A stretch of DNA of 64,000 nt, taken from the NCBI GenBank assembly GCA_950097015.1, contig CATNEN010000002.1, positions 7,998,001-8,062,000 on the forward strand. The letters run 5' to 3'. The notes under the pieces were generated by a model. The model was not told the origin of the DNA and searched no databases. It saw only the letters and a list, made by a program, of their open reading frames with translations. This DNA comes from Macrostomum hystrix. Its lineage: Eukaryota; Animalia; Platyhelminthes. The position numbers were made by a program, and so were the translations under genes. Positions 36,121-49,872 of this stretch are shown here, piece after piece. Every line of letters begins with the position of its first letter. Within the stretch, counting starts at the first letter, position 1.

Positions 36121-37135
36121 AATCTGTTACAATAGATAGATACAATCTATCTATCTGTTTGCAATCGACTAGCTCCCGAACGGCTCAACCGATTTTCGCA
36201 ATTCCTTCGCCAAAAGATCACAAATGGGCCGGAATCGGTACACGTATTTTTATTAAGCTTAATTTCATTGCCAAGGGGATTAAATATTCAAAAAACTGTT
36301 TTAAATAGGCTTTTCTAATGCATTCTTGTTTTCAGCTTGTGCACAGTGAGGCCTCCAGTGCCAATTTTAATGATTGCATCAGAGCCAGTTTTGATAACGC
36401 ACGCGCGTACTGATAAGAACTCACAGGGAGGCTACCCAGAGGGTAGCGAAGGCAGCTAGTCTAATATACTAAAAATGAAAATCTTGCTTGCTTGCTTGCT
36501 TGCTTGTATGTTTGCAATCGACTAGCTCCCGAACGGCTCAACCGATTTTCGCAATTCCTTCGCCAAAAGATCGCAAATAGGCCCGAATCGGTACACGTAA
36601 TTTTATTAAGCTTAATTCCATTGCCAAGGGGATTAAATATTCGAAAAACTGTTTTAAATAGGCTTTTCTAATGCATTCTTGTTTTCAGCTTGTGCACAGT
36701 GAGGCCTCCAGTGCCAAATTTAATGATTGCATCAGAGCCAGTTTTGATAACGCACGCGCGTACTGATAAGAACTCACAGGGAGGCTACCCAGAGGGTAGC
36801 GAAGGCAGCTAGTAATATACTAAAAATGAAAATCTTGTATGTTTGCAATCGACTAGCTCCCGAACGGCTCAACCGATTTTTGCAATTCCTTCGCCAAAAG
36901 ATCACAAATGGGCCGGAATCGGTACACGTAATTTTATTAAGCTTAATTCCATTGGCAAGGGGATTAAATATTCGAAAAACAGTTTTAAATAGGCTTTTCT
37001 AATGCATTCTTGTTTTCAGCTTGTGCACAGTGAGGCTCCAGTGCCAATTTTAATGATTGCATCAGAGCCAGTTTTGATAACGAACTGATAAGAACTCACA
37101 GGGAGGCTACCCAGAGGGTAGCGAAGGGCAGCTAG
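36121..37135 (+). mobile_element. Tandem array 3 of type-A Helitrons (3 units; first has an aberrant 5' end)
   Basis: Hairpin+CTAG ends at 36459, 36812 and 37135. Confidence 0.88.
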
Positions 37136-40100
37136 TCTTCTTGTATGTTTGCAATCGACTAGCTCCCGAACGGCTCAACCGATTTTCGCAATTCCTTCGC
37201 CAAAAGATCACAAATGGGCCCGAATCGGTACACGTATTTTTATTAAGCTTAATTTCATTGCCAAGGGGATTAAATATTCGAAAAACTGTTTTAAATAGGC
37301 TTTTCTAATGCATTCTTGTTTTCAGCTTGTGCACAGTGAGGCCTCCAGTGCCAAATTTAATGATTGCATCAAAGCCAGTTTTGTTAGGCGAGCGTACTGA
37401 TAAGGAATTTCTCACCCAAATGTGCATAGCTGTGTCAACCCCACTGGCGAGATAATTACTGCCCAATGTGCACAGGCTGAGCTGGCTTCTGTTATCTGTT
37501 CGGCACTGAGATATTTTTTTATTTTTATATATTGAGTTTTATTCAAACTCATTTAGCAGATATAGCAGATTTCAATTATAGCAGATTCATTCACATCACA
37601 GCATACTCCAAAGGCAACAGCTGAGAACTGAATTGATTCAAGTGATCGGCCTTTCTTGGCAGCAAGTAACATTTGTTGATAATACTTGCTTACTTACTTG
37701 CTTACTTGCTTACTTACTTGCAAAAGCATTGATAGATATCTAGGCTTAGAATTAATATTAATAGATTCCTAGGCTCCGAATCGATCCATATCTAGGCTCA
37801 ACATTCTTATAGATTTCTAGGCTCAACATTTTTATAGAGATCTAGGCACAGCATTGATAGTTATCTATGCTCAACATTTTTATAGATATCTAGGCACAGC
37901 ATCAATTGTTATCTAGGCTCAGCTTTGATATTTCTCTAGGCTCAGCATTGATAGTTATCTAGGCTCAGCATTGATAGTTATCTAGGCTCAGAATTAATAG
38001 TTATCTAGGCTCAGCATTGATAGTTATCTAGGCTCAGCATTGATAGTTATCTAGGCTCAGCATTGATAGTTATCTAGGCTCAGCATTGATAGTTATCTAG
38101 GCTCAGCATTGATAGTCATCTAGGCTCAGCATTGATAGTTATCTAGGCTCAGCATTGATAGTTATCTAGGCTCAGCATTGATAGTTATCTAGGCTCAGCA
38201 TTGATAGTTATCTAGGCTCAGCATTGATAGTTATCTAGGCTCAGCATTGATAGTTATCTAGGCTCAACATTTTTATAGATAACTAGGCCCAGAATTGATA
38301 GTTATCTAGGCCCAGAATTGATAGTTATCTAGGCCCAGAATTGATAGTTATCTAGGCTCAGAATTGATAGTTATCTAGGCTCAGAATTGATAGTTATCTA
38401 GGCTCAGAATTGATAGTTATCTAGGCCCAGAATTGATAGTTATCTAGGTTCAGCATTGATAGTTATCTAGGCTCAGCATTGATAGTTATCTAGGCTCAGC
38501 ATTGATAGTCATCTAGGCTCAGCATTGATAGTTATCTAGGCTCAGCGTGATAGTTATCTAGGCTCAACATTTTTATAGATATCAAGGCTTGGCGTGAAAG
38601 TTATCTAGGCTCAACATTTTTATAGATATCAAGGCTCAGCATTGATAGTTATCTAGGCTCAGCATTGATAGTTATCTAGGCTCAGCATTGATAGTTATCT
38701 AGGATCAGCATCGATTGTTATCCAGCCTTAGCATTGATAGTTATCTAGGCTCAACATTTTTATAGATATTAAGGCTCAGCGTGGTAGTCATCTAGGCTCA
38801 ACAGTTTTATAGATAACTAGGCTCAGCATTGATAAGTATCTAGGCTCAACATTTTTATAGATAACTAGGCCCAGAATTGATAGTTATCTAGGCTCAGCAT
38901 TGATAGTTATCTAGGCTCAGCATTGATAGTTATCTAGGCTCAGCATTGATAGTTATCTAGGCTCAGCATTGATAGTTATCTAGGCTCAGCATTGATAGTT
39001 ATCTAGGCTCAGCATTGATAGTTATCTAGGCTCAGCATTGATAGTTATCTAGGCTCAACATTTTTATAGATAACTAGGCCCAGAATTGATAGTTATCTAG
39101 GCCCAGAATTGATAGTTATCTAGGCCCAGAATTGATAGTTATCTAGGCTCAGAATTGATAGTTATCTAGGGTAGAATTGATAGTTATCTATGCCCAGAAT
39201 TGATAGTTATCTAGGCCCAGAATTGATAGTTATCTAGGCCCAGAATTGATAGTTATCTAGGCCCAGAATTGATAGTTATCTAGGCCCAGAATTGATAGTT
39301 ATCTAGGCTCAGAATTGATAGTCATCTAGGCCCAGAATTGATGGTTATCTAGGCCCAGAATTGATAGTTATCTAGGCCCAGAATTGATAGTTATCTAGGC
39401 CCAGAATTGATAGTTATCTAGGCCCAGAATTGATAGTTATCTAGGCTCAGAATTGATAGTTATCTAGGCCCAGAAGTGATAGTTATCTAGGCTCAGAATT
39501 GATAGTTATCTAGGCTCAGAATTGATAGTTATCTAAGCTCAGAATTGATAGTTATCTAGGCTCAGCATTGATAGTTATCTAGGCTCAGCATTGATAGTTA
39601 ACTAGGCTCAGCATTAATAGTTATCTAGGCTCAGCATTGATAGTTATCTAGGCTCAGCATTGATAGTTATCTAGGCTCAGCATTGATAGTTATCTAGGCT
39701 CAGCATTGATAGTTATCTAGGCTCAGCATTGATAGTTATCTAGGCTCAGCATTGATAGTTATCTAGGCTCAGCATTGATAGTTATCTAGGCTCAACATTT
39801 TTATAGATAACTAGGCCCAGAATTGATAGTTATCTAGGCCCAGAATTGATAGTTATCTAGGCCCAGAATTGATAGTTATCTAGGCCCAGAATTGATAGTT
39901 ATCTAGGCTCAGAATTGATAGTTATCTAGGGTAGAATTGATAGTTATCTATGCCCAGAATTGATAGTTATCTAGGCCCAGAATTGATAGTTATCTAGGCC
40001 CAGAATTGATAGTTATCTAGGCCCAGAATTGATAGTTATCTAGGCCCAGAATTGATAGTTATCTAGGCTCAGAATTGATAGTCATCTAGGCCCAGAATTG

Positions 40101-42214
40101 ATAGTTATCTAGGCCCAGAATTGATAGTTATCTAGGCCCAGAATTGATAGTTATCTAGGCTCAGAATTGATAGTTATCTAGGCCCAGAATTGATAGTTAT
40201 CTAGGCCCAGAATTGATAGTTATCTATGCCCAGAATTGATAGTTATCTAGGCCCAGAATTGATAGTTATCTAGGCTCAACATTGATACATATCTAGGCTC
40301 AACATTTTTATAGATATCAAGGCTTGGCGTGAAAGTTATCTAGGCTCAACATTTTTATAGATATCTTGGCTCGGCATTGATAGTTATCTAGGCTCAGCAT
40401 TGATAGTGAACTAGGCTCAGCATTGATAGTTATCTAGGCTCAGCATTGATAGTTATCTAGGCTCAGCATTGATAGTTATCTAGGATCAGCATCGATTGTT
40501 ATCCAGCCTTAGCATTGATAGTTATCTAGGCTCAACATTTTTATAGATATTAAGGCTCAGCGTGGTAGTCATCGAGGCTCAACAGTTTTATAGATAACTA
40601 GGCTCAGCATTGATAAGTATCTAGGCTCAACATTTTTATAGATGTCAAGGCTCAGCATTGATAGTTATCTAGGCTCAGCATTGATAGTTATCTAGGCTCA
40701 ACATTTTTATAGATGTCAAGGCTCAGCATTGATAGTTATCTAGGCTCAGCGTGATAGTTATCTAGGCTCAACATTTTTATAGATATCTAGGCTCAGCATT
40801 GATAGTTATCTAGGCTCAGCATTGATAGTTATCTAGGCTCAGCATTGATAGTCATCTAGGCTCAGCATTGATAGTTATCTAAAAGGCTCAGCATTGATAG
40901 TTATCTAGGCTCAACATTGATACATATCTAGGCTAAACATTTTTATAGATATGAAGGCTCAGCGTGATAGTTATCTAGGCTCAGCATTGATAGTTATCTA
41001 GGCTCAGCGTGATAGTTATCTAGGCTCAACATTTTTATAGATATCAAGGCTTGGCGTGAAAGTTATCTAGGCTCAACATTTTTATAGATATCAAGGCTCA
41101 GCATTGATAGTTATCTAGGCTCAGCATTGATAGTTATCTAGGCTCAGCATTGATAGTTATCTAGGATCAGCATCGATTGTTATCCAGCCTTAGCATTGAT
41201 AGTTATCTAGGCTCAACATTTTTATAGATATTAAGGCTCAGCGTGGTAGTCATCTAGGCTCAACAGTTTTATAGATAACTAGGCTTAGCATTGATAAGTA
41301 TCTAGGCTCAACATTTTTATAGATGTCAAGGCTCAGCATTGATAGTTATCTAGGCTCAGCATTGATAGTTATCTAGGCTCAACATTTTTATAGATATTAA
41401 GGCTCAGCGTGATAGTTATCTAGGCTCAACATTTTTATAGATATCTAGGCTCAGCATTGATAGTTATCTAGGCTCAGCATTGATAGTTATCTAGGCTCAG
41501 CATTGATAGTGATCTAGGCTCAGCATTGATAGATATGTAGGCTCAACATTTTTATAGATATTAAGGCTCAGCGTGATAGTTATCTAGGCTCAGCATTGAT
41601 AGTTATCTAGGCTCAGCATTGATAGATATCTAGGCTCAACATTTTTATAGATATTAAAGCTCAGCGTGATAGTTTTCTAGGCTCAACATTTTTATAGATA
41701 TCTTGGCTCGGCATTGATAGTTACCTAGGCTTAAAATTTTTATAGATAACTAGACACAGCATTGTTATTTATCTAGGCTTAGAATTGATAGATTCCTGGG
41801 CTCAACATTTTTATAGATATCTCGGCTCAGCACTGGTAGATATCTAGGCTCAGAATGGATAGATATCGTACTTTAGATTTGATAGATATCTACATAACTT
41901 CATTGGTTAAAAATCGATAGAAATTAAATCTCAGAATCGATAGATATTGAAGCTCAGAATTTATACTCGTGGAAATCTAAGGTCAGAATTGATAGAATTC
42001 TAAGCTCAGAATTGATAGAAATCTTGGCTCAGCACGGGTAGATATCTAGGCTCAGTGTTGATAGATATTTAGGCTCCAAATCGATAGAAAGTTAAGCTCA
42101 GAATCAATAGATATCTTCGTTCAGAGTTGATATCTATTGACTTACTAAATACTGTTTTATTATTGTAAAGTTGCCTTCAAGCTAAGGTCCCCAAAGGGGG
42201 GCCTACATTGCTAG
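37136..42214 (+). mobile_element. Non-autonomous long Helitron, type B (~5.1 kb)
   Basis: Type-A-like 5' arm (lacking its first ~25 bp), B-specific arm, 23-bp satellite. 3' end AGGTCCCC-AAA-GGGGGGCCT-ACATTG-CTAG at 42214, followed by TC. Confidence 0.88.
37725..42150. repeat. 23-bp satellite, B family (ATTGATAGTTATCTAGGCTCAGC / ...GGCCCAGA)
   Basis: About 190 tandem units in homogenised sub-blocks. Confidence 0.97.
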
Positions 42215-43986
42215 TCTTCTTCTAATATACTAAAAATGAAAATCTTGCTTCTAATATACTAAAAATGAAAATCTTGTTTGTATGTTTGTATGTTTGTATG
42301 TTTGCAATCGACTAGCTCCCGAACGGCTCAACCGATTTTCGCAATTCCTTCGCCAAAAGATCACAAATGGGCCGGAATCGGTACACGTATTTTTATTAAG
42401 CTTAATTCCATTGGCAAGGGGATTAAATATTCGAAAAACAGTTTTAAATAGGCTTTTCTAATGCATTCTTGTTTTCAGCTTGTGCACAGTGAGGCCTCCA
42501 GTGCCAATTTTAATGATTGCATCAGAGCCAGTTTTGATAACGCACGCGCGTTCTGATAAGAACTCACAGGGAGGCTACCCAGAGGGTAGCGAAGGCAGCT
42601 AGTCTTCTAATATACTAAAAATGAAAATCTTGTTTGTATGTTTGTATGTTTGTATGTTTGCAATCGACTAGCTCCCGAACGGCTCAACCGATTTTCGCAA
42701 TTCCTTCGCCAAAAGATCACAAATGGGCCGGAATCGGTACACGTATTTTTATTAAGCTTAATTCCATTGGCAAGGGGATTAAATATTCGAAAAACAGTTT
42801 TAAATAGGCTTTTCTAATGCATTCTTGTTTTCAGCTTGTGCACAGTGAGGCCTCCAGTGCCAATTTTAATGATTGCATCAGAGCCAGTTTTGATAACGCA
42901 CGCGCGTTCTGATAAGAACTCACAGGGAGGCTACCCAGAGGGTAGCGAAGGCAGCTAGTCTATTATACTAAAAATGAAAATCTTGTATGTTTGTTTGCAA
43001 TCGACTAGCTCCCGAACGGCTCAACCGATTTTCACAATTCCTTCGCCAAAAGATCACAAATGGGCCGGAATCGGTACACGTATATTTATTAAGCTTAATT
43101 CCATTGCCAAGGGGATTAAATATTCGAAAAACAGTTTTAAATAGGCTTTTCTAATGCATTCTTGTTTTCAGCTTGTGCACAGTGAGGCTCCAGTGCCAAT
43201 TTTTATGATTGCATCAGAGCCAGTTTTGATAACGAACTGATAAGAACTCCAGTGAGGCTACCCAGAGGGTAGCGAAGGCAGCTAGTCTAATATACTAAAA
43301 ATGAAAATCTTGCTTGCTTGTATGTTTGCAATCGACTAGCTCCCGAACGGCTCAACCGATTTTCAAAATTCTTTCACTAAAAGATCGCAATTGGGCCGGA
43401 ATCGGTACACGTATTTTTAATAAGCTTAATTCCATTGCCAAGGGGATTAAATATTCGAAAAACTGTTTTAAATAGGCTTTTCTAATGCATTCTTGTTTTC
43501 AGCTTGTGCACAGTGAGGCTCCAGTGCCAACTTTAATGATTGCATCAGAGCCAGTTTTGATAACGAACTGATAAGAACTCCAGTGAGGCTACCCAGAGGG
43601 TAGCGAAGGCAGCTAGTCTTAATATACTAAAAATGAAAATCTTGCTTGCTTCTATTATACTAAAAATGAAAATCTTGCTTGCTTGCTTGTATGTTTGCAA
43701 TCGACTAGCTCCCGAACGGCTTAACCGATTTTCACAATTCCTTCGCCAAAAGATCACAATTGGGCCGGAATCGGTACACGTAATTTTATTAAGCTTAATT
43801 CCATTGCCAAGGGGATTAAATATTCGAAAAACAGTTTTAAATAGGCTTTTCTAATGCATTCTTGTTTACAGCTTGTGCACAGTGAGGCCTCCAGTGCCAA
43901 TTTTAATGATTGCATCAGAGCCAGTTTTGATAACGAACTGATAAGAACTCCAGTGAGGCTACCCAGAGGGTAGCGAAGGCAGCTAG
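42215..43986 (+). mobile_element. Tandem array 4 of type-A Helitrons (5 units plus 5' fragments)
   Basis: CTAG ends at about 42602, 42958, 43286, 43616 and 43986. Confidence 0.9.
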
Positions 43987-44627
43987 TCCACTATACTAAA
44001 AATGAAATGGTTGGTTGGTTGGTTGGTTGGTTGGTTGTAATTGATTTTCTCCCGAACGGCTCAACCGATTTTCACCATTTCTTCACCAAAAGATGCCAAA
44101 TATGGGGACAATTATACACGTATTTTTATTAAGCTTAACTTTATTGCTAAAGGGATTAAATATTCGAAAAACATGATTTTTTCAAAGGTCAAACCATCTT
44201 GGCCTATTGAGAATTTCACTCACTGCCACTGAATTGAAATTGCATCGTCAAATTGCGCAACAACCCCTAGCTGATTGAATTTGAAGCCTGCACTCTGGAG
44301 ACAAATTGGAAATAAATGTACACAACCAACCGCGAGACTGAGTGTACTCTATTTTCTTACTTCATTGTACAAAGCCAGAACTTTGAGAATTCATTTTATA
44401 AGGCTGATTTCTGCACCCACTAACCAACAGTCGGAATAGCCGATGTGTTAGGCACTAGGAATAAGTTAGGCATGGCTAGGCTTCGATTCTGCACTGCGTC
44501 AAATCATTTAGACTAATTTTCAGCCAGTAGTGATTGAAGATTATTTTTATTTATTTTTTTCATTTCGTTAATAAAATATCATAAATCATAGCAAATCTGA
44601 GTTTGAATCATTGCAACAATAGAGTCT

Positions 44628-46330
44628 GAATCATGGCTAAACCAGAGTCTGAAACATGACTAAACCAGAGTTTAAATCATGGCTAAACCAGAGTCTGAAT
44701 CATGGCTAAACCAGAGTTTGAATCATGGCTAAACCAGAGTCTGAATCATGGCTAAACCAGAGTTTGAATCATGGCTAAACCAGAGTTTGAATCATGACTA
44801 AACCAGCGTTTGAATCATGGCTAAACCAACGTTTAAATCATGGCTAACCTAGAGTCTGAATCATGGCTAAACCAGAGTCTGAATCATGGCTAAACCAGAG
44901 TCAGAATCATGGCTAAACCAGAGTTTGAATCATGGCTAAACCAGAGTTTCAATCATGGCTAAACCAGCGTCTGAATCATGGCTAAACCAGAGTTTGAATC
45001 ATGGCTTAACCAGAGTTTGAATCATGGCTAAACCAGAGTTTGAATCATGGCTAAACCAGAGTCTGAATCATGGCTAAACCAGAGTCTGAATCATGGCTAA
45101 GCCAACGTTTGAATCATGGCTAACCTAGAGTCTGAATCATGGCTAAACCAGAGTTTGAATCATGGCTTAACCAGAGTTTGAATCATGGCTAAACCAGCGT
45201 CTGAATCATGGCTAAACCAGAGTTTGAATCATGGCTTAACCAGAGTTTGAATCATGGCTAAACCAGAGTCTGAATCATGGCTAAACCAGAGTCTGAATCA
45301 TGGCTAAGCCAACGTTTGAATCATGGCTAACCTAGAGTCTGAATCATGGCTAAACCAGAGTCTGAATCATGGCTAAACCAGAGTTTCAATCATGGCTAAA
45401 CCAGAGTCTGAATCATGGCTAAACCAGAGTCTGAATCATGGCTAAGCCAACGTTTGAATCATGGCTAACCTAGAGTCTGAATAATGGCTTAACCAGAGTT
45501 TGAATCATGGCTTAACCAGAGTTTGAATCATGGCTAAACCAGCGTCTGAATCATGGCTAAACCAGAGTTTGAATCATGGCTTAACCAGAGTTTGAATCAT
45601 GGCTAAACCAGAGTCTGAATCATGGCTAAACCAGAGTCTGAATCATGGCTAAGCCAACGTTTGAATCATGGCTAACCTAGAGTCTGAATCATGGCTAAAC
45701 CAGAGTCTGAATCATGGCTAAACCAGAGTTTGAATCATGGCTAAACCAGAGTCTGAATCATGGCTAAACCAGAGTCTGAATCATGGCTAAGCCAACGTTT
45801 GAATCATGGCTAACCTAGAGTCTGAATCATGGCTAAACCAGAGTTTGAATCATGGCTTAACCAGAGTTTGAATCATGGCTAAACCAGCGTCTGAATCATG
45901 GCTAAACCAGAGTTTGAATCATGGCTTAACCAGAGTTTGAATCATGGCTAAACCAGAGTTTGAATCATGGCTAAACCAGAGTCTGAATCATGGCTAAACC
46001 AGAGTCTGAATCATGGCTAAGCCAACGTTTGAATCATGGCTAACCTAGAGTCTGAATCATGGCTAAACCAGAGTCTGAATCATGGCTAAACCAGAGTTTG
46101 AATCATGGCTAAACCAGAGTCTGAATCATGGCTAAACCAGAGTCTGAATCATGGCTAAGCCAACGTTTGAATCATGGCTAACCTAGAGTCTGAATAATGG
46201 CTTAACCAGAGTTTGAATCAAGGCGAAACCAGAGTTTGAATCATGGCTAAATTAGAGTTTGAATCATGGTAAAACGAGAGTTTGAATCATAGCCCACCAG
46301 GGTTTAAAACATGGCGAAACCTGAGTTTGA
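44628..46330. repeat. 23-bp satellite, C family (TTTGAATCATGGCTAAACCAGAG)
   Basis: About 74 tandem units. Confidence 0.97.
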
Positions 46331-46344
46331 ATCTTGGCTAACCC

Positions 46345-48445
46345 AGCGTTTGAAAAATCAACGTCAACTGGGGAGTCATCATCAAAATGGGGATCAAGGT
46401 AAACTGGGGGATAATCGTCAACTGGAGGATCTTGGTAAACTGGGGGATAATTGTCAACTGGGGGATCATTGTCAACTGGGGGATCGTTGTGAACTGGGGG
46501 ATCATTGTCAACTAGGGGGTAATGGTCAACTGGGGGATAATTGTCAACTGGGGAATCATCATAAAATGGGGGATCATGGTCAACTTGGGGATCATTGTCA
46601 ACTGGGGGATCATTGTCAACTGTGGGATCATTGTCAACTGGGGGATCATTGTCAAATGAGGGATCATTGTCAACTGGGGGATCTTTGTCAACTGGGGGTT
46701 CATTGTCAACTGTGGGATCATTGTCAACCGGCGGGATCATTGTCAACTGTGGGATCATTGTCAACTGGGGGATCATTGTCAACTGGGGGATCATTGTCAA
46801 GTGGGTGATCATCGTCAACTGGGGGATCATTGTCAACTGGGGGATCTTTGTTAACTGGGTGTTCATTGTCAACTGGGGGAACATTGTCAACTGGAGGAAC
46901 ATTTTTAACTGGGGATCATCATCAATGGTGAGACTTCATCAACTGGGGATCATTGTGAACTGGGGGATCTTTGTTAACTGGGGGATTATTGTCAACTGGG
47001 GGATCATTCTCAACTGGGGGATCATTGTCAACTGTGGGATCATTGTCAACCGGCGGGATCATTGTCAACTGTGGGATCATTGTCAACTGGGGGATCATTG
47101 TCAACTGGGGGATCATTGTCAAGTGGGTGATCATCGTCAACTGGGGGATCATTGTCAACTGGGGGATCTTTGTTAACTGGGTGTTCATTGTCAACTGGGG
47201 GATCATTGTCAACTGGAGGAACATTGTTAACTAGGGATCATCATCAATGGGGAGACTTCATCAACTGGGGGATCATTGTGAACTGGGGAATCTTTGTTAA
47301 CTGGGGGATCATTGTCAACTGGGGGATCATTCTCAACTGGGGGATCATTGTCAACTGGGGGATCATTTTCAACTGGGGGATTATTGTCAACTGGGGGAAC
47401 ATTGTCAACTGGAGGAACATTTTTAACTGGGGATCATCATCAATGGTGAGACTTCATCAACTGGGGATCATTGTGAACTGGGGGATCTTTGTTAACTGGG
47501 GGATTATTGTCAACTGGGGGATCATTCTCAACTGGGGGATCATTGTCAACTGGGTGATCATTCTCAACTGGAGGATCATTGTCAACTGGGGGATCATTGT
47601 CAACTGGGGGGAATTGTGTTCAACTGGGGGATCATTGTCAACTGGGGGATCATTGTAAACTGGGGTATCATTGTCAACTGGGGGATCATTGTCAACTGGG
47701 GGATCATTCTCAACTGGGGGATCATTGTCAACTGGGGGATCATTTTCAACTGGGGGATCATCATCAACTGGGGGATCATCATCAACCGGCGGGATCATTG
47801 TCAACTGGGGGATCATTGTCAACTGGGGGATCATTGTCAACTTGGGGATCATTGTCAACTGGGGGATCATTGTCAACTGGGGGATCATTCTCAACTGGGG
47901 GATCATTCTCAACTGGGGGATCATTGTCAACTGGGGGGAATTGTGTTCAACTGGGGGATCATTGTGAACTGGGGGATCTTTGTTAACTGGGGGATCATTG
48001 TGAACTGGGGGATCTTTGTTAACTGGGTGATCATCATCAACTGGGGGATTATTGTCAACTGGGGGAACATTGTCAACTGGAGGAACATTTTTAACTGGGG
48101 ATCATCATCAATGGTGAGACTTCATCAACTGGGGATCATTGTGAACTGGGGGATCTTTGTTAACTGGGGGATTATTGTCAACTGGGGGATCATTCTCAAC
48201 TGGGGGATCATTGTCAACTGGGGGGTCATTTTCAACTGGGGGATCATTGTCAACTGGGGGATCATTCTCAACTGGGGGATCATTCTCAACTGGGGGATCA
48301 TTCTCAACTGGGGGATCATTCTCAACTGGGGGATCATTGTCAACTAGGGGATCGTTGTCAACTGGGGGTTCATTGTCAACTGGGGGTTCATTGTCAACTG
48401 GGGGATCATTGTCAACTGGGGGATCATTGTCAACTGTGGGTTCAT
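46345..48445. repeat. 18-bp satellite (GGGGGATCATTGTCAACT)
   Basis: About 115 tandem units; source of the NWGIIV/QLTMIP/VDNDPP spurious ORFs. Confidence 0.97.
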
Positions 48446-48541
48446 TGTAGCTTTAAAAAGCTGTAAATTCAGCTGCTAAAAAGTATATACTAGACGAATT
48501 AAAAGTACTTCTGCTCCCCGAAGGGGGGCAAAACTTGCTAG

Positions 48542-49872
48542 TCTTATATACTAAAAATGAAAATCTTGCTTGCTTGTATGTTTGCAATCGACTAGCTCCC
48601 GAACGGCTCAACCGATTTTCGCAATTCCTTCGCCAAAAGATCACAAATGGGCCCGAATCGGTACACGTATTTTTATTAAGCTTAATTTCATTGCCAAGGG
48701 GATTAAATATTCGAAAAACTGTTTTAAATAGGCTTTTCTAATGCATTCTTGTTTTCAGCTTGTGCACAGTGAGGCCTCCAGTGCCAATTTTAATGATTGC
48801 ATCAGAGCCAGTTTTGATAACGCACGCGCGTACTGATAAGAACTCACAGGGAGGCTACCCAGAGGGTAGCGAAGGCAGCTAGTCTAATATACTAAAAATG
48901 AAAATCTTGCTTGTTTGCAATCGACTAGCTCCCGAACGGCTCAACCGATTTTCGCAATTCCTTCGCCAAAAGATCACAAATGGGCCGGAATCGGTACACG
49001 TATTTTTATTAAGCTTAATTTCATTGCCAAGGGGATTAAATATTCGAAAAACTGTTTTAAATAGGCTTTTCTAATGCATTCTTGTTTTCAGCTTGTGCAC
49101 AGTGAGGCCTCCAGTGCCAATTTTAATGATTGCATCAGAGCCAGTTTTGATAACGCACGCGCGTACTGATAAGAACTCACAGGGAGGCTACCCAGAGGGT
49201 AGCGAAGGCAGCTAGTCTTCTTCTAATATACTAAAAATGAAAATCTTGCTTGCTTGTTCGTAATTGATTTTCTCCCGAACGGCTCAACCAATTTTCACAA
49301 TTTCTTCACCAAAAGATGCCAAATGTGGGGACACATATACACGTATTTTTATTAAGCTTAATTCCATTGCCAAGGGGATTAAATATTCGAAAAACTGTTT
49401 TAAATAGGCTTTTCTAATGCATTCTTGTTTTCAGCTTGTGCGCAGTGAGGCCTCCAGTGCCAATTTTAATGATTGCATCAGAGCCAGTTTTGATAACGAA
49501 CTGATAAGAACTCCAGTGAGGCTACCCAGAGGGTAGCGAAGGCAGCTAGTCTAATATACTAAAAATGAAAATCTTGCTTGTTTGCAATCGACTAGCTCCC
49601 GAACGGCTCAACCGATTTTCGCAATTCCTTCGCCAAAAGATCACAAATGGGCCGGAATCGGTACACGTATTTTTATTAAGCTTAATTTCATTGCCAAGGG
49701 GATTAAATATTCGAAAAACTGTTTTAAATAGGCTTTTCTAATGCATTCTTGTTTTCAGCTTGTGCGCAGTGAGGCTCCAGTGCCAATTTTAATGATTGCA
49801 TCGGAGCCAGTTTTGATAACGCACTGATAAGAACTCCAGTGAGGCTACCCAGAGGGTAGCGAAGGCAGCTAG
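48542..49872 (+). mobile_element. Tandem array 5 of short Helitrons (4 units; 49216-49548 is a C/A chimera)
   Basis: CTAG ends at about 48882, 49215, 49548 and 49872. Confidence 0.88.

Larger units (their letters stand above)
43987..48541 (+). mobile_element. Non-autonomous long Helitron, type C, complete (~4.55 kb)
   Basis: 5' TCCACTATACTAAAAATGAAAT+(GGTT)n and a diverged arm, then 23-bp and 18-bp satellites. 3' end GCTCCCC-GAA-GGGGGGC-AAAACTTG-CTAG at 48541, followed by TC. Confidence 0.9.
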
